A DNA stretch of 64,000 nt from Hydrolagus affinis (lineage: Eukaryota): contig JAAILG010001212.1 in the NCBI GenBank assembly GCA_012026655.1, forward strand, positions 1-64,000, read 5' to 3'. This document shows, piece by piece, positions 51,001 through 64,000 of this stretch. Made by a program: the position numbers and the translations under genes. Every line of letters begins with the position of its first letter. Positions within the stretch are counted from its first letter, which is position 1. The notes below the pieces were generated by a model that was not told the DNA's origin, made no database searches, and saw only the letters and a program-made list of their open reading frames with translations.

Positions 51001-51444
51001 TGGAGAAACTAAAATGGTCATTGTCTTCAGAAAAAGGGGAAAAACATGAAAAGTCGGTGGAAACCAAGATGACTATCTTCACAACATTCTGCAGACAAAG
51101 GCATAAAACATCCACTTCACATCCAGGCTCCTCCACTTTCTCTAAAGTGCTTTTGTAGAGCCTTATTCTACAATAATTCTTTAACTGTAAAACTCTTTGG
51201 ATTTGTCTTTATTTTTCAGTTGCAAAGAGTTAGTGAGCACTAAAGGTGCTCACTAACCATCCTTGGAGACTTAGTTTTTACACTTGGCGGTCTTTCAGTA
51301 ATCAGGCCATTTTGTCTTGAATGTTAACGTAGTTGCTTAATGCCACAATATATCCTTCCAGCAAAAAGCTCATTACATGACTCTTCATTGCCCATTAGCA
51401 AATAAATTTGTTGTATTAACGAATGCATAAAAGATAGATACATT

Positions 51445-51507
51445 GACAACAACAATAAAATTACATTTATAGAGCGCCTTTCATGTCGGAAGGACATCCC
51501 AAGGCAT
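51445..51507 (-). mobile_element. L2 3' tail
   Basis: caacaacaataaaattacatttatagagcgcctttcatgtcggaaggacatcccaaggc. Similar solo tails lie at 45328-45393 and 48092-48156. Confidence 0.85.
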
Positions 51508-54500
51508 TACATGGGTGGGGGTGTGTGTGGGGAGAGAAACCGAAGTTAGAACTCAGAACTTCACCTGTAACTGGGAATTCTGGCCTATTTTAACTTTGTC
51601 GTTTCTAAAACAGTTCCTATATTACTTTTCTTTTCAAAACACATTACAAATGGTTGCACGATATGTGATCTAGGAGAATAATATGACCATTTGAGTCTGT
51701 GTGGTAACAAAACGCCAATTGCAACAATACATTTTCAAAAGTTAATTTGTGTGACAGACGCTTCAAGTAAAGCAGGCACATCTCTTAAAAACATGGCCTC
51801 ACTGAAAGACAGACAATATAAAAGCTTCATTAGATCTAAACTCATGGGTCACATTTTTGTTTTCCAGTCATATCATATAGAAATGTAGAAGCCGGTTCAA
51901 TACATCCAATTCTTCACAGCTTTATCGCTCACTGGGGGAATAGTTACAAAATGTTGCATTTTTGGAGAATGTAACACAATCAATTTTGAATCACAGTGGG
52001 ATTTTTTAAAACACTGAAATTGTTGAGCAAAAAGGACTGCATTGAAGCTGCCGGGAATTGACCCAAGAAATAGCTGGACAAGTACCAGATACAGAAATAG
52101 TTGGTTTTGTACAAATCAAAAAGGGTCAACCTTTACCCTATCATTTTACACATCAAGTTTCGATACCCCAGAGATATCACATAGCATGTTTGCTTCAAAA
52201 ACTGAGCTTTCACACCTAGGTTCACATAGTTATACCAGTGAAATGCCATTTATTCATTGAGTAGATAATGCCACTATCCTTATACACCGATATGTGGAAC
52301 TGTCCTCAAGCAAAGGTCACTAAAGACAGTAAGCAAAGTAAAGACCATTTTATGAATGTATTTAGCAATCTTCTTCGATCCTTTGACTCCTGCGAGACCT
52401 GATCTCTCAAAATGATGACTGACTTGATCTTGTTTGGTCTTTGAAACGTGCCTCCTGAGCTGCTTGCATGGAAATGTCATTACAATGAAGTCAACGAGTC
52501 AACGATGGATACGTATTATAAGGTGAGAGAGACTCTATTCTTGAGTCTTGCTCAATAGACTTTTATGGGTCAGAGAGAAAGTATCCTCCGGAGATTAAAT
52601 GAATTGGGCAGTTTGCATGAGAGTCAATTGTCCAGGTTTGTGCAGAGCATTGATTTGATGGGTAAATGTATTTTCCTATGTCCCTAATTCAATTTCACCA
52701 GAATGACCTTTGAAAAACTAGCTTTAGGGTATGATTGGCTGCGATAAAACTAGTAGTTTCAGATAGCCAATCAAGGTTAAAAAATGAATCATATCTCTGA
52801 GATGAAAGGAAACATGTGCAAACTATGCAAGTATAGAGTTCCCAATCATGCCATCAAACCGGAATTTTAGTGCTATAAAATATACTAATACAAAGGCAAT
52901 TTAGACATTCTGAGAAAGTGAAATGATTCACCTCACAGGAAAAATAAATTAATATTTGAGATGAGTTCTGTCTCTTTTGGTATGTTTCCCCTCCTCAAGC
53001 CATCCCTAAAGATTATCTACTGTTTATCTGCCTTATTGCTGACAGCTTCCAATGCGAAACATCAAAAGAAACGTCATGTTTCTCATACTCTAGCCAACAG
53101 CACTTCCCAGACAAAGAATACAGATCAACGGGTGAAACAAGCAACCTATTGCAATGAGCAACCAGATAATGCAAGAGGAAAGTTATTTTTGTTCATCAAA
53201 TTTGATTATTAACACTTGACTTCAGTAAACAATAAGGGCATCGAGCCTTTATTAACAATGATTATTAATTCAGGCTAAAAGACATGAAAGTAAAGCTTTC
53301 ATATTCCAATGCAATTTAATCTAATTCAGATATGATGATCGCCGTCATGCCTTATTAGGATTAGCCTCTTTTTGGACAAAATTGAAATGACATTAATTGG
53401 GTTTCCTGGAGAGTTATTAAATTTCTCAATTCAGTAACAGGATGAAAACTCATCTTCCACATTCTGATTTAGTTGGGCTTGCATTTTCCAAAGCTGTTAC
53501 AAATTGTTTTGTAGTACGAATTATGATGTGACTTAAATTTGTTTGCTGCACGTGTTTGCTGGTGCAAAATAAAAAATTGGGCATGTTTGATGGTGCAAAA
53601 TAAAAAAGGGAATGTATGGACGAGTGCTTTAAATGCAAAACACTCTTCTCATTGTGATTATTCAGCTGCAAAGGATTTGTCTTTCAAAAACGCTCTTACT
53701 CCATACTCAAGACTATCCAACACAGAATGACTGATGGCATTTGATTGGCACATAGGTCTAAAAAGAATGCCAATTCCCGTTACATTAAAGCAGCTCAAAA
53801 ATTGAAACATCACGTCTCCACTACATAGTCCTCATTTCCAGCTACCTGCCTTTGCACCATATTCCCAATTCCTTCTCATTGCAGAATTATGTCCAGTTGA
53901 TTCTTGAATCTATTTTATATGGTCTTTAACACCCTTCATGAGTAAATTGTTCTAGAAGTCAATTTCCCATTGTGTAAAATAAATTCTGCTGAAAAGGAAT
54001 TTGAAATTAATGGAATTTTAGAAAATCCAGTTGTACAGGACTTTCCTAATTCTCAGCAATATAAAATAAAATAAATTTCCTTAACACATAATCAATACAT
54101 TGGATCGCCACTGTGTCATTATATTTCCAAGAAGAAATTTACGATTCTGAATCACTGGTGGGTAAATAACACTTTCCGGTCGCTGAAAAGAACTACAAAA
54201 TAATAGCTTGCCACCATTTTGCCAGTTAGTTTGTGTTCACACTTAGAGTGGAGAGGTTTGAGAGCTCCATTGCAATCTTGAAATACACTTAGGTCTTCGT
54301 TATTGTTGTAAAGATTAAAGTATTTCACAACCGTCCACAAAAGCTTAAAGGTACAGTATGGAAGAATGACCTGTTGGGCCCCTTTCTGGGAATTCATGCT
54401 ATTATGGTGAAGATTAAATTTAATGCTGCAAAGCCTGTTTTATGTGCTCAAAATGTCAAGGTCTCAGCACAGCTTCAGCAGCAAATTAGTGAAAGCGAAA

Positions 54501-56585
54501 CACATTAAACCCAAGCTTCTCAGCACTGTACAACCATTAGACCTTGATGGATTTTCAAGGTATCTTCCTTTCCTAACAATACTTAGATAAACTACCAATA
54601 AACTAACCACAATATTCAGTCCCTCTATACTGTCCTCGTTTTCAAAACAGTTTTCCTTGCTCCTTTGTTTTCGAAAAAAGCTTAAGAACAAACCTCAATA
54701 GATTAAGATTTCTTTGTTACTTTTACAAAGACAGGTGTCAAATAATGAAGCTTCTCAGATATTTGCATTTCATTATTTACTAAGCATCTCCTAAATCCAA
54801 TATATTAACAATATTTTTTCAGCATTATGAAGCATATTGCTAGGAAAGCATTATAAGCACAATCACATGCCTAGAAAAAGAAATTTTAAGCATAGGGGTC
54901 CATTCAGCCAAACATGTTTCTGCCACTACATCTAGTTTTTCTAATATTGCTTCCCCACCACCTCCCCCCATCACAAATCTCAGCTATCGCTCCCTAATGT
55001 TTTGACTGATCGGGTTCTTCTTTTTGAAGATTCTATTGATCAGGCCCCAAAAACCATATATGCTAATGGGAAGGCTAAACCCAAAAATTGAAAGGCAGAA
55101 ACTTCTTTCAAACTCTCCTCCTCAGTTTGCTCCTGACACTAATTCCCAACAAATAGTTTTATAGCAACACAATTACATTTATACTACGCCTTTCATACAA
55201 AATAAAATCTTGGAAGAAAGGAAAATTGAAAGTTGTTTTTAAAAAATAACTATCCTCCCCATATGCAAGTTCAAATAAATTATCCTAATATAGCTTTTGA
55301 AGCTATCAAAATGTCTCACATGTCTCTTTGATATGTTTGAGGACATTCAGGGGTACACTCAGTTTAACATCATCTAGTGTTTCACCTCTTGTTTGGGCAG
55401 AACCAGAGATAATGGACAGTTAGCTGATTAAAACAAGACAATTAATGGGTTTCTTAAGCAAGTTGTCCAGTTCCTTGTCAAATAAACATATTCTCGGCTG
55501 AATTAGGTCTTTTTAATTTTCATTAATTGGATTGTGTTCAGCGTGAGAGAGATCATTTTTCTATTTCTTGTAACCACGGTTAGCATTAGGGCTTACCAGA
55601 GCAAATATAGTACTGGTTCAAAGCACATGAGGTTCTACTGTACCCCCAAAATGTGATTTAATTGAACAGCATAAGAGCATTTGAACCCTACCATCTCCCA
55701 TTTCAGCAATTCCCTTACCCAGTGTGAATCTGCCAATTTAGTGCCCAATTATGAGAAACTTTGTACAGCAGATGCCCAACCGGGTTGTTGCCAATGCTGA
55801 ATAAAAACTTAATTTCATCTATTGGTCCCAATGGACATGACTAATTGTCAGTTTCCCACAGAGAGGCCACAGAGAACAAATTCATTCTAAACTTTAGTCG
55901 CACACAGTAATTTGCATAACCCTGCACTTAGATGCACCAATGTTGGCATCCAATTTATTACTGAATGCCTTATACCAAACGTAATTCCCATCATTAGAAT
56001 TCTCTCTCATCCAGGAAGGAGTACCAAAACTCCCACACAAGGTACTAACCCGCAGTGCAGTAAGCAAACACACGCGGCAGCAATTGGTTCAGTCGGTCCG
56101 ATTGGTGTGTTTAATTTACTTGGTTAATAGAGTACAATTCTACTCTCCCAATACTATGCAATTAAGCACGACCCCTGCCTGCAGTAGCAGCAGATCAACG
56201 TTTTAACAGTCAATACCTCAAGGCAGATCCAAGGTTTAAGATGAGTTTCGAAATTCTCATTAACTTTCAGGCCTGCACAATCAAATGCCAAACTAGGAAT
56301 ATTTATATAGATATTACTGTTATTTTCATCAAATTAATTCCTGGAACACTAATGGGTTGAAACATAAAATACCAAAGCCACTTCATTAAATGAAAATAGC
56401 AACAAGGTTCATTTCAAGAACACTGATCGGTATTGCGACATGCCATAATGTGGTCTCAGGATTTGTGCTATGGAGCAGATTACTGTGGCCTTTGGCCTAA
56501 CAAATGAAAGAATTTGGGGAATGAGAAAACTCCTCATTGAAGATGACTCTTTGCTTTATAATGTTTCTTTGCTATTGTGTTCTAT

Positions 56586-57010
56586 TAATAATAATAATCC
56601 TTGCATTTGATTTAGCGCTTTTCACATCTTCCAGACATCTCAAAGCACTTCACAGAATATACTGTAAAGTGAATTGACTGTACATTTGTGGGCTAAATGT
56701 GGCAGCCAATTGCACACAGCGGTGTCCCACAAATAATCGTAAATTGAAATGACCAATTTATTATCAAGCTTTTTTTTTTTTTGGTATTATTAGGTGCACG
56801 GAGTAAGGAAACTTAGAACATAAGAATTAGGAGCAGGAGTAGGCCATTCGGCCCTTCGAGCCTACTCCACCATTCAATAAGATCATGGCTGATCTTGTCA
56901 CCTAACTAATTACTTACTTTATCCCCAACTTTCCTAAGGTTTTGCCCTACCTGGATTCAAACACAGGTGTCACACTTGTAAGATGAGTGCTCTAACCACT
57001 GAGCTACAAG
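56586..57010 (-). mobile_element. tRNA-SINE interrupted by a CR1 tail
   Basis: Tail at 56586 and head ...gagtgctctaaccactgagctaca ending ~57008. Confidence 0.9.
56815..56926 (-). mobile_element. CR1 3' tail insertion with AACTT target-site duplication
   Basis: agaacataagaattaggagcaggagtaggccattcggccc...gatcatggctgatct, with AACTT at 56810-56814 and 56927-56931. Confidence 0.88.
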
Positions 57011-57862
57011 ATTAATATTTTAGCCTGCTAACAGTTGTGAAATGATAATCCCTACTAATTCACAATGTAAACATGTTTCTGGTGACATCCTGGACAGTGT
57101 CAGCTGATCTTAACAGGGAATTGGTGAAGACCCGTTTCCCTACTTTTGACTGGTTCACAGTGATCCTTCTTTTGGAAAGAAAGTTCCCATAATGTTCGTG
57201 ACAATAGGAATTGAGGTTAGCTGCACTGCCCTCTGTGGTGGTGAAGCTGCCAAATGGCTTATGCCAAAACAGCTATATTTTTCCAACAACTTCTTTTTAA
57301 TGACTTCAACATAAGTTCCTGTGTCCAGCCTCATAGAGGAAGAATACCTACATTGAAAGTTGCTGATCCTGTGGAAATGTACTGAAGAAGAAAATGGGAA
57401 TGAGAGAAAATAGGATTGAGAAAGAATGGAACATTTTCAAATGCATAATTGGTACAAATTTACCCAGAATGGAACTGACTACCTGTAAAGAAATTTTGAA
57501 AAAATGTTTGCAATCGAAATGGTTTTATTTTGTTTTCGATTCTTATTCTCCTAGATTGTCTACACCAGCATTGGATCATGAATTGACCACAGCAGATTAT
57601 TACAATGCTATTGAAAGGAAAACGACTCAAGAGGACGGCATTACAGGGAATCCTATTGATTTCCTGTTCTACAGCATTCTACATGGTGCTTGTACAAGGA
57701 ATCAATGTTAATCTCACTACATTGCATGCTCACAATTGTATACCATCTGCCCAAGCTTTTCTTTAAGAGATAACTAATTATACCCAACAAGAAGGAAGAA
57801 AAGGAGTTAAAACCATAGAGTACAGAATCTCAGTCACCGCAAATTTATATTTTTATTCTGAC

Positions 57863-57946
57863 CTTTTTCTCAATAACTGTCAGCTGCTCTTTATAAAAGG
57901 CATCAAGTCGCTCAAGTTCTTCTTGCTTCTTTTCCAAATGTTTGGC
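57863..57946 (-). CDS. CHCHD6: Internal coding exon (84 nt, phase 0/0) of MICOS subunit MIC25 (CHCHD6)
   Basis: Minus strand reads gtttcttttttttaacAG|GCCAAACAT...GAGAAAAAG|GTcaga. Translation AKHLEKKQEELERLDAFYKEQLTVIEKK carries the D-x-FYKEQL motif of the MIC19/MIC25 family (recalled human CHCHD6 ARELESREAELRRRDTFYKEQLERIERK). Confidence 0.92.
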
Positions 57947-58814
57947 CTGTTAAAAAAAAGAAACACTTGTCAAGTAAACTTAAACAACAACCAAATATAA
58001 AGTCCCTGCACCTCCCGCCCTCCTCTGAGCAATACCGAAAGAATGGTGATAACTGAAAAGGTTGACATTGCTACATTTATTTTGGACATTACTGTGAAGC
58101 ATTCACACTCAATTTTGTTCAAAGGGTGTAAAATCATCTTGGGCCACATGAATTTGGCCCAAGTAAACATCACAAGTCAAACTGATCAACCTTAATAACA
58201 GCAGTACCGTACTTTGGATTGTAAATCTGTCTGCCTTTACCATAATGCAATTTGCTGCTCAGTTCATTTCGTACCTCCTCCCTCGACTTTAAAAGGATTA
58301 AGGGGACCCATAAGGATTTAAACCCCAAATCGTCCAAACCCAATGTTAAACCCAATGAGTCACCCAGGATGTTAAGTAAATTCAGTTCAGGAGCATACAG
58401 AGGCTTTAAATAATGTAAATGGATCATTAGCTGCAATCCCACCAGTTGTTAACTTCTATGTTTCCATCAAACATTAAGTGTTCTACCTGGGTTTGTCATC
58501 TGATTGACGATGGAACCATCTAAAAGCAAGTTATAATTCATTGCTTGCATAATCAAAATATCTCATGGTAAAATACTTTGATGAAATGTAAACAATCTAC
58601 CTTGATTGCAGCACCTGACATAAAAACTCAAATTTAAATGTCACAATGAAAGACAGAATTATTCAAGTGTCAATAACAGGAGGTTTCGAGAAATAAAATC
58701 TCAACATTATTTTGTTGAATCATTTCTTTGACTGTTATAAAATGAGTGAAACTTTGGATTTTATATAAACTTCTGCAGTTTAGTTAAGTTAATCTGCCTT
58801 TCATATCATCATAG

Positions 58815-58930
58815 TTTTGCCCACAAAATATACAGTCAATTCACTTTGCAGTATATTCTGTGAAGCACGTTGAGACCGCTCAAATATGTGATAAGGCACT
58901 ATATCAAATGCAAGGATTGTTATTATTATT
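58815..58930 (+). mobile_element. SINE 3' half
   Basis: gcccacaaaatatacagtcaattcactttgcagtatattctgtgaagc...atcaaatgcaaggattgttattattatt. Confidence 0.85.
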
Positions 58931-60642
58931 TCTTACTTTAATCATTTATATAGATCCCTCTCGTTCTGTGTTAAATCAGACTCCTGTATATACTGAGGGA
59001 ATAACATTAAAAGTGTGAACATAAACATGGACTTCTTCATGAAGCAATTCAATTCCAAGTGTATACACTTTCATGAAACCATGAGCCTCAAAAACCAAGC
59101 ATTTTGATCATAAAAGATGTACTTACAGTTAATGGCCTGGAATTTGGCAACAAATGAAGTGTCAAGCTGGTAGAAAAATAGCACCAGAGTTTAACTTGTG
59201 TTTATAATGCCATTGTGGCACTTAGTATAAATAAGATGGACATGGTACCCTATAAGGTTTGGTCTCAGTCTTATACTAAAGTTGGGTGATCTCAATCAGT
59301 CTAGCAATGCAAATCCTACAATTGGCTTCAGTGCCCTGGACTGAGTCTGTGACACAATTGAAATAATTCATTCTTAGAGCGAGCAAAGTGTTGACATTAT
59401 GCCTACCCGTTCCCTTCCCTTCTACATCTAAGTATGGAGAGACACTACATATATGGGTTCACATGTTCAAACTCCAGTCACCACTGACGATGGAAACCAC
59501 CAGCACAAAGGCTGAGTAAAAAAGCTTCCCATGCATAGTCATTCTTATGACAGCAACAAAGCAAAATAGAAATAAAGCAATAATATGACATTTTGAAGTT
59601 GAACTTTTTCAATATATATATTGAAAGAATCATTGTACACACAAATAAATCACAGTACTTTTTTCAAATAAACAAATACAATATGAATTACACATTATAT
59701 TCACATTAGGAACAAGTCTCTCAACTATATGATTATATTCTTTTTGAAGAAAGTACACATATGCACCACCACCACCCCCTAACCCCACACCACCCCAGAT
59801 AACCAACCTTAACCCCAAAGTGTCTTCTTAGGCTTACATGGTTGTAAGCCCAATAATAATGTTAAGGCTTGATGTTCAATACCATTTATTTTATTGAAAG
59901 TATAATAGGATGGAATCCAAAAATTGGAGATAAATAATAACCCAAGAACTTCAATCCTTTAACATGCCTGAACATAAGAAACACAAAATGTAAATCAAAA
60001 ATCGCACTGTTTAAAACAGAAATGTTAAAATGGAGCAAGTGGATGCTGCTTTTATGAAGGTAATAGGGGAGAACAGAACTAAGCCCTCTGTGTATGCAAA
60101 AGCAATTAAAAAAACGGACTGTTGAATTCCCACAGCAGCTAAAGCAAAATAGAAATGTTACCAAAATAACCTTTGGAAATCTAATGTTATGTAAATTTCT
60201 AATACTGAACATGACATTGGAATATAAATATGCGAGAACAGAACATTTCCAAAAAATAAATCAGTTGGATTAAAATATTCCACTTAAATCTCAAAGGATC
60301 GAAGAGATTCACGGTCTCTCGAATTTCCCTATTTCCTTTACCATTTTATTCAAGTTTATTGCATGAACACATCCATAATCAAATCACCTAATGTTAAACA
60401 GGAGCTCAGCCCAAGTGCAGACACAAATCTTTCTGTTCCATTTTTGCTTTATTTCTCTTCCTTTCCCCTTCCCCCACACCATCCCAAGATAGATTTGTTT
60501 GTTTTTCTTCAATTTCTTTCACCTGTGATTAGAACATCAAAACATTTAGCATTACATTTGTCCTGCTCTGGATAGAATAAGGGGAATGAGAGTTGGACAA
60601 GGAAGAACAGGCAAGATAATTTATAGGATTCAGGAATGGTAA

Positions 60643-60663
60643 ACACACACACACACACACACA
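60643..60663. repeat. (AC)n microsatellite
   Basis: About 10 AC units. Confidence 0.9.
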
Positions 60664-60699
60664 GAGTAAATCCTCCCCTCTGGGACTTCATTTGAATAA

Positions 60700-60960
60700 A
60701 GTCTGTCTATGTTGAATTAGGCAGTCTCATTTGGATTGCAGTAGGGACGCTACAGTTGTTCTGAGCATTTTCAGGATTGAGATGGGAAATAAAATCTGAC
60801 ACAATTACCATTTGCGGTCTCTATCCAATGAATCCTGCTGGAAAGTGCACATTTGTGCACATCAGATGAGGTCAGGATCAAATTCAGCTGAGAACCCCTC
60901 AGACTCATTTAGCCTCCTAACATTCACTGTTAATATCACCCAGGAAGAACGAATGCCATA
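60700..60960 (+). repeat. Old unnamed interspersed repeat copy
   Basis: gcagtagggacgctacagttg...tatccaatgaatcctgctggaaagtgc...atgaggtcaggatc...attcactgt. Confidence 0.55.
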
Positions 60961-63739
60961 TTTCCACAGAACACATAGTAACAGGTGTCAGTCAGCAGGA
61001 TTTAGGATTAGAGGAAAATTTTCTATGTGAGATTTTAATGTTATACACGGCTGACACCCCCAATGCATTGTCACATATGCCATCATTTGGTAGAGAAATT
61101 AAACTGAGATCCCATCTAACTGTTCAACTGGATATTGCAAATAGTCACAACATTATATTAAATCCTGTGAATCGATTTGAGATGTTGGCAACATGGTAAG
61201 GTGCTGAATCAAATATAATGCTAATTTATTATTAATAATAAATAATAAACTATATCCATGAGAGATGCAACATATATTACATGTAACACACTCACATATA
61301 GATAAATCTTTGTAAGAGTGAATTTGTATTGTTTACATTTCCAATGTTGTGTGATACATTTTCTAAATGGTGTATGTTGCTCTCAAACAGAGCACAATAA
61401 ATCCCGTGGTGATTTGAGGAATTCAACAGATAAAACTGGTGAAGGTTTTGAAATATGTTTGTCAAATAAGAAGTGTATTTGATCAGGGAGAGTATCTCCA
61501 GAAACCGTTTAAAATTTATATCACATTTGTATCTAATCCCAGGAGCAGACCTGTAATTAAGTTTTATTAAAGTAATGAACCCTTTGTAGACTAGAAAGGT
61601 TTCAAAACTAATACACTAATGACATGACCGAAAAAAAAATCACAATGCATATTATTAATCAGATCACGGTTTATAGAGCTTTCCTGGCCATGGTAGCTGT
61701 GCTGATTCTCACCTGAATACTATATAAACCTATGTTATTAGTGTACAATACCCACCTTAATTAGACATGAATTGAATGCATTTGTCGCTTTAACCATTTT
61801 AAAATTATTTTTCACAAAGGGAATGAGTACAAGCTAAGATCAATGCAAATACATTTATTTCCAAACATTTTTGCGGCATGTGGGAAGAGGGGTAAGTTAC
61901 GAGCAAAGATTGAAACTAAACAGTCAAGGTTAGAGTAAGAATTTAGCTAGGAACTCGATCGGTAGTTCTTACAAATGCAAGACCTTATCCCTGAACGGAT
62001 CCAAAATTGCACAAATATTGATTCAGGATACAACTCAAGCAATTTATAGTGGCGATTAAGTCGGATTTCAGGCAATGGTGGTCCCATATCCCCAAATGCT
62101 ATTACTGTAAATGAATAACTGAAATATAGGGACCACTTGTCTATATATGAGCACATTCAGATGAACCTTTTGATGATTATAGGCAGGTTTCATGGCACTA
62201 CATTAATACCTGTGAGTTTTTCAAAGCTCTATTGGGACTCGTTTGTCTTTGTGGCCCAAGAATAGTTTTGACCTCTCTGATCTACAACACGAATTTGCTA
62301 ATAACAAATGAAATGAAATACAGAAGTTTTATAGCTCCACTGTACCCGTATTTATTACCCCCCCTTCCCCCCAAAATGGGAGTTTATCTTCATTTACAAG
62401 GCAGTCGTGTTGTCATTCACTTCACATAGAGTTTTACAGCTTTATGCTTCATTGGACGAATATCTACTGATGATGAAGCAGCTTGCGCTAAAATTTTACA
62501 CTAATATCACATTCAGCTTGGTGAAGCATGAAATGAGAGCTGCTCAGAAATAAATAATTCTGAATCAAATGTACATTAGTTATGTACAGTTTTCTTCTGA
62601 AACTTAAATATCACTTGGAATACAGTAAATTAAGTATAATCCCACTAGATTAATGAATTTAAAGCCACAACAATCCATTTTATATGCATCCAGAATGCTT
62701 CGCCATTAAGAACAATAGAAGCATGAAAGGCCAACAAAATTAGACTTGCCACATGCAACACTCACATTATTATCAATGGAGATAAACTACTTATACAAAA
62801 CCTATCTACAGACAATCAGTCCAACATTTTTATAATACCTCTTAACATTTTCAAATAAGCGTACAACAATATTTTCATAGTGAGGCAAACTCAATATATT
62901 CAAGCAAAATGGCATACATTGCAATATATATATATATTTACTGTATTTATATTACAGCCTCTTTGAGTTTATCTTGGGAGGATTAAGTGAATTGCAGAAA
63001 GTCAGAGTTGCGTTTGGAACTGAAGTCTGTTTTTGACCTTGCTGATCTAACAAATTTTGGAGAAACAGAGTGTTCAAAACTGAAACCCACATTCATCTGA
63101 CCTTGCTCACAAAATTATTCCTGAGCTTTCTGTTGCTGAAATCTTCAGAATATGTGAAATATCTCTAAGCAAATTTCTGTAATTACATCCGTCTGATCAA
63201 ATTTTCATTTAAAATTCATTTCAGTAGTTTTCGTACACAGTAAAGCTGTGTCAGCCTGAAGTATAATCAAAAGCTTTTTTGCGCTTAACACGATACCTTC
63301 CTTCTCACTGACCATTAAAACACAAACTTCATAGGCCTTTTGGAGTCGCTTGCATGAGGTCGGAAACAGAAAGATATGAGTTAGGTTTGAAGGGAAACCA
63401 AATCTCAGCAGAACAGGCTTTTGAGGCACAATCTGTAATGTAAAATTTAGACAGAATATCCAACATAGAAAATCCTCATTCCGGGTTGTAATAATTTATT
63501 TATACATTAATTACATACACTGTACAGTATATTGCTACACTAGTGGGCACACACTTCAAATAAACTGCTGGACACAGACACATAGTATAAATGCTAGTGA
63601 TGTAAATAGATCTGCCCTTCACTCACAAAGGCCTTCAAGGAAAGCATCTAAATTACTTATTTTCGTACCTCTAACAGCATCAAGGGAATGAGAAGACTGA
63701 GGTTTATGGGCATCAGCATAAACATGGACAATGTGGTAG

Positions 63740-64000
63740 ACTCATTCCACCATGATGTTGCATTTAATATTTTCCAAACAATCAAGCTTTGATAAATCTG
63801 CTCCACATGGGGAACTGTGGAATCAGAGGATGCAATAAAGGTCTTACAACACGAGTTTGATGCAATATGCACTGTAAAACTGGCATATGAAGTTTAATAC
63901 AGATAAAATGTAAGGTCATAGATATAGGAAGCAAAATGCAAAACACTCCATGGATAGAATAGAAGTTGTCAAAGGGGAAACTGAAAGAGATCGAGGGTGT
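63740..64000 (+). mobile_element. Highly decayed CR1 RT fragment
   Basis: gctttgataaa...ccacat (A-F-D-K...P-H), aaatgtaaggtcata (K-C-K-V) and gaaagagatc...gggtgt (E-R-D-L-G-V-like). Confidence 0.55.

Larger units (their letters stand above)
26157..57862 (-). other. CHCHD6: 31.7-kb GT-AG intron of CHCHD6
   Basis: Lies between the two exons above, with canonical ends and compatible phases. Confidence 0.82.

Noticed and set aside
55905-56150. Possible further DNA-transposon relic
   Set aside because: I could not define matching TIRs or a target duplication.
59483-59498. CTGACGA-tg-GAAAC hammerhead core
   Set aside because: Only 2 nt between the core halves and no supporting stems.
59771-59817. 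Interstitial telomeric repeat
   Set aside because: Only one exact CCCTAA and one variant; low-complexity C-rich DNA.

Overview
AT-rich vertebrate DNA, almost all intronic. The repeat content (tRNA-SINEs with (ATT)n tails, L2, CR1, Deu-domain SINEs, a Penelope-like remnant) points to a cartilaginous fish, probably a holocephalan; this is inference. The only coding sequence I can support is two small minus-strand exons (57863-57946, 84 nt; 26086-26156, 71 nt). They splice in frame to AKHLEKKQEELERLDAFYKEQLTVIEKK|KADHFKLTSAQFNEAALKAESHIT, which matches the coiled coil just before the CHCH domain of CHCHD6/MIC25 (MICOS). Neither exon is in the ORF track; the track ORFs are LINE debris or noise. 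The rest is two full or partial large introns plus a 100-N gap, many retroposon fragments, two MITEs, one hAT end and several repeat-free, CNE-like blocks. Best leads: a candidate microexon with two acceptors (36 nt in frame vs 44 nt with a stop) at ~7.6 kb, a second frameshifting cassette exon candidate at ~24.2 kb, and a covarying 3' stem-loop shared by the SINE and L2. I see no prokaryote-type system such as CRISPR or an operon. Repeat boundaries are approximate and family names come from recalled consensus sequences, not a database search.
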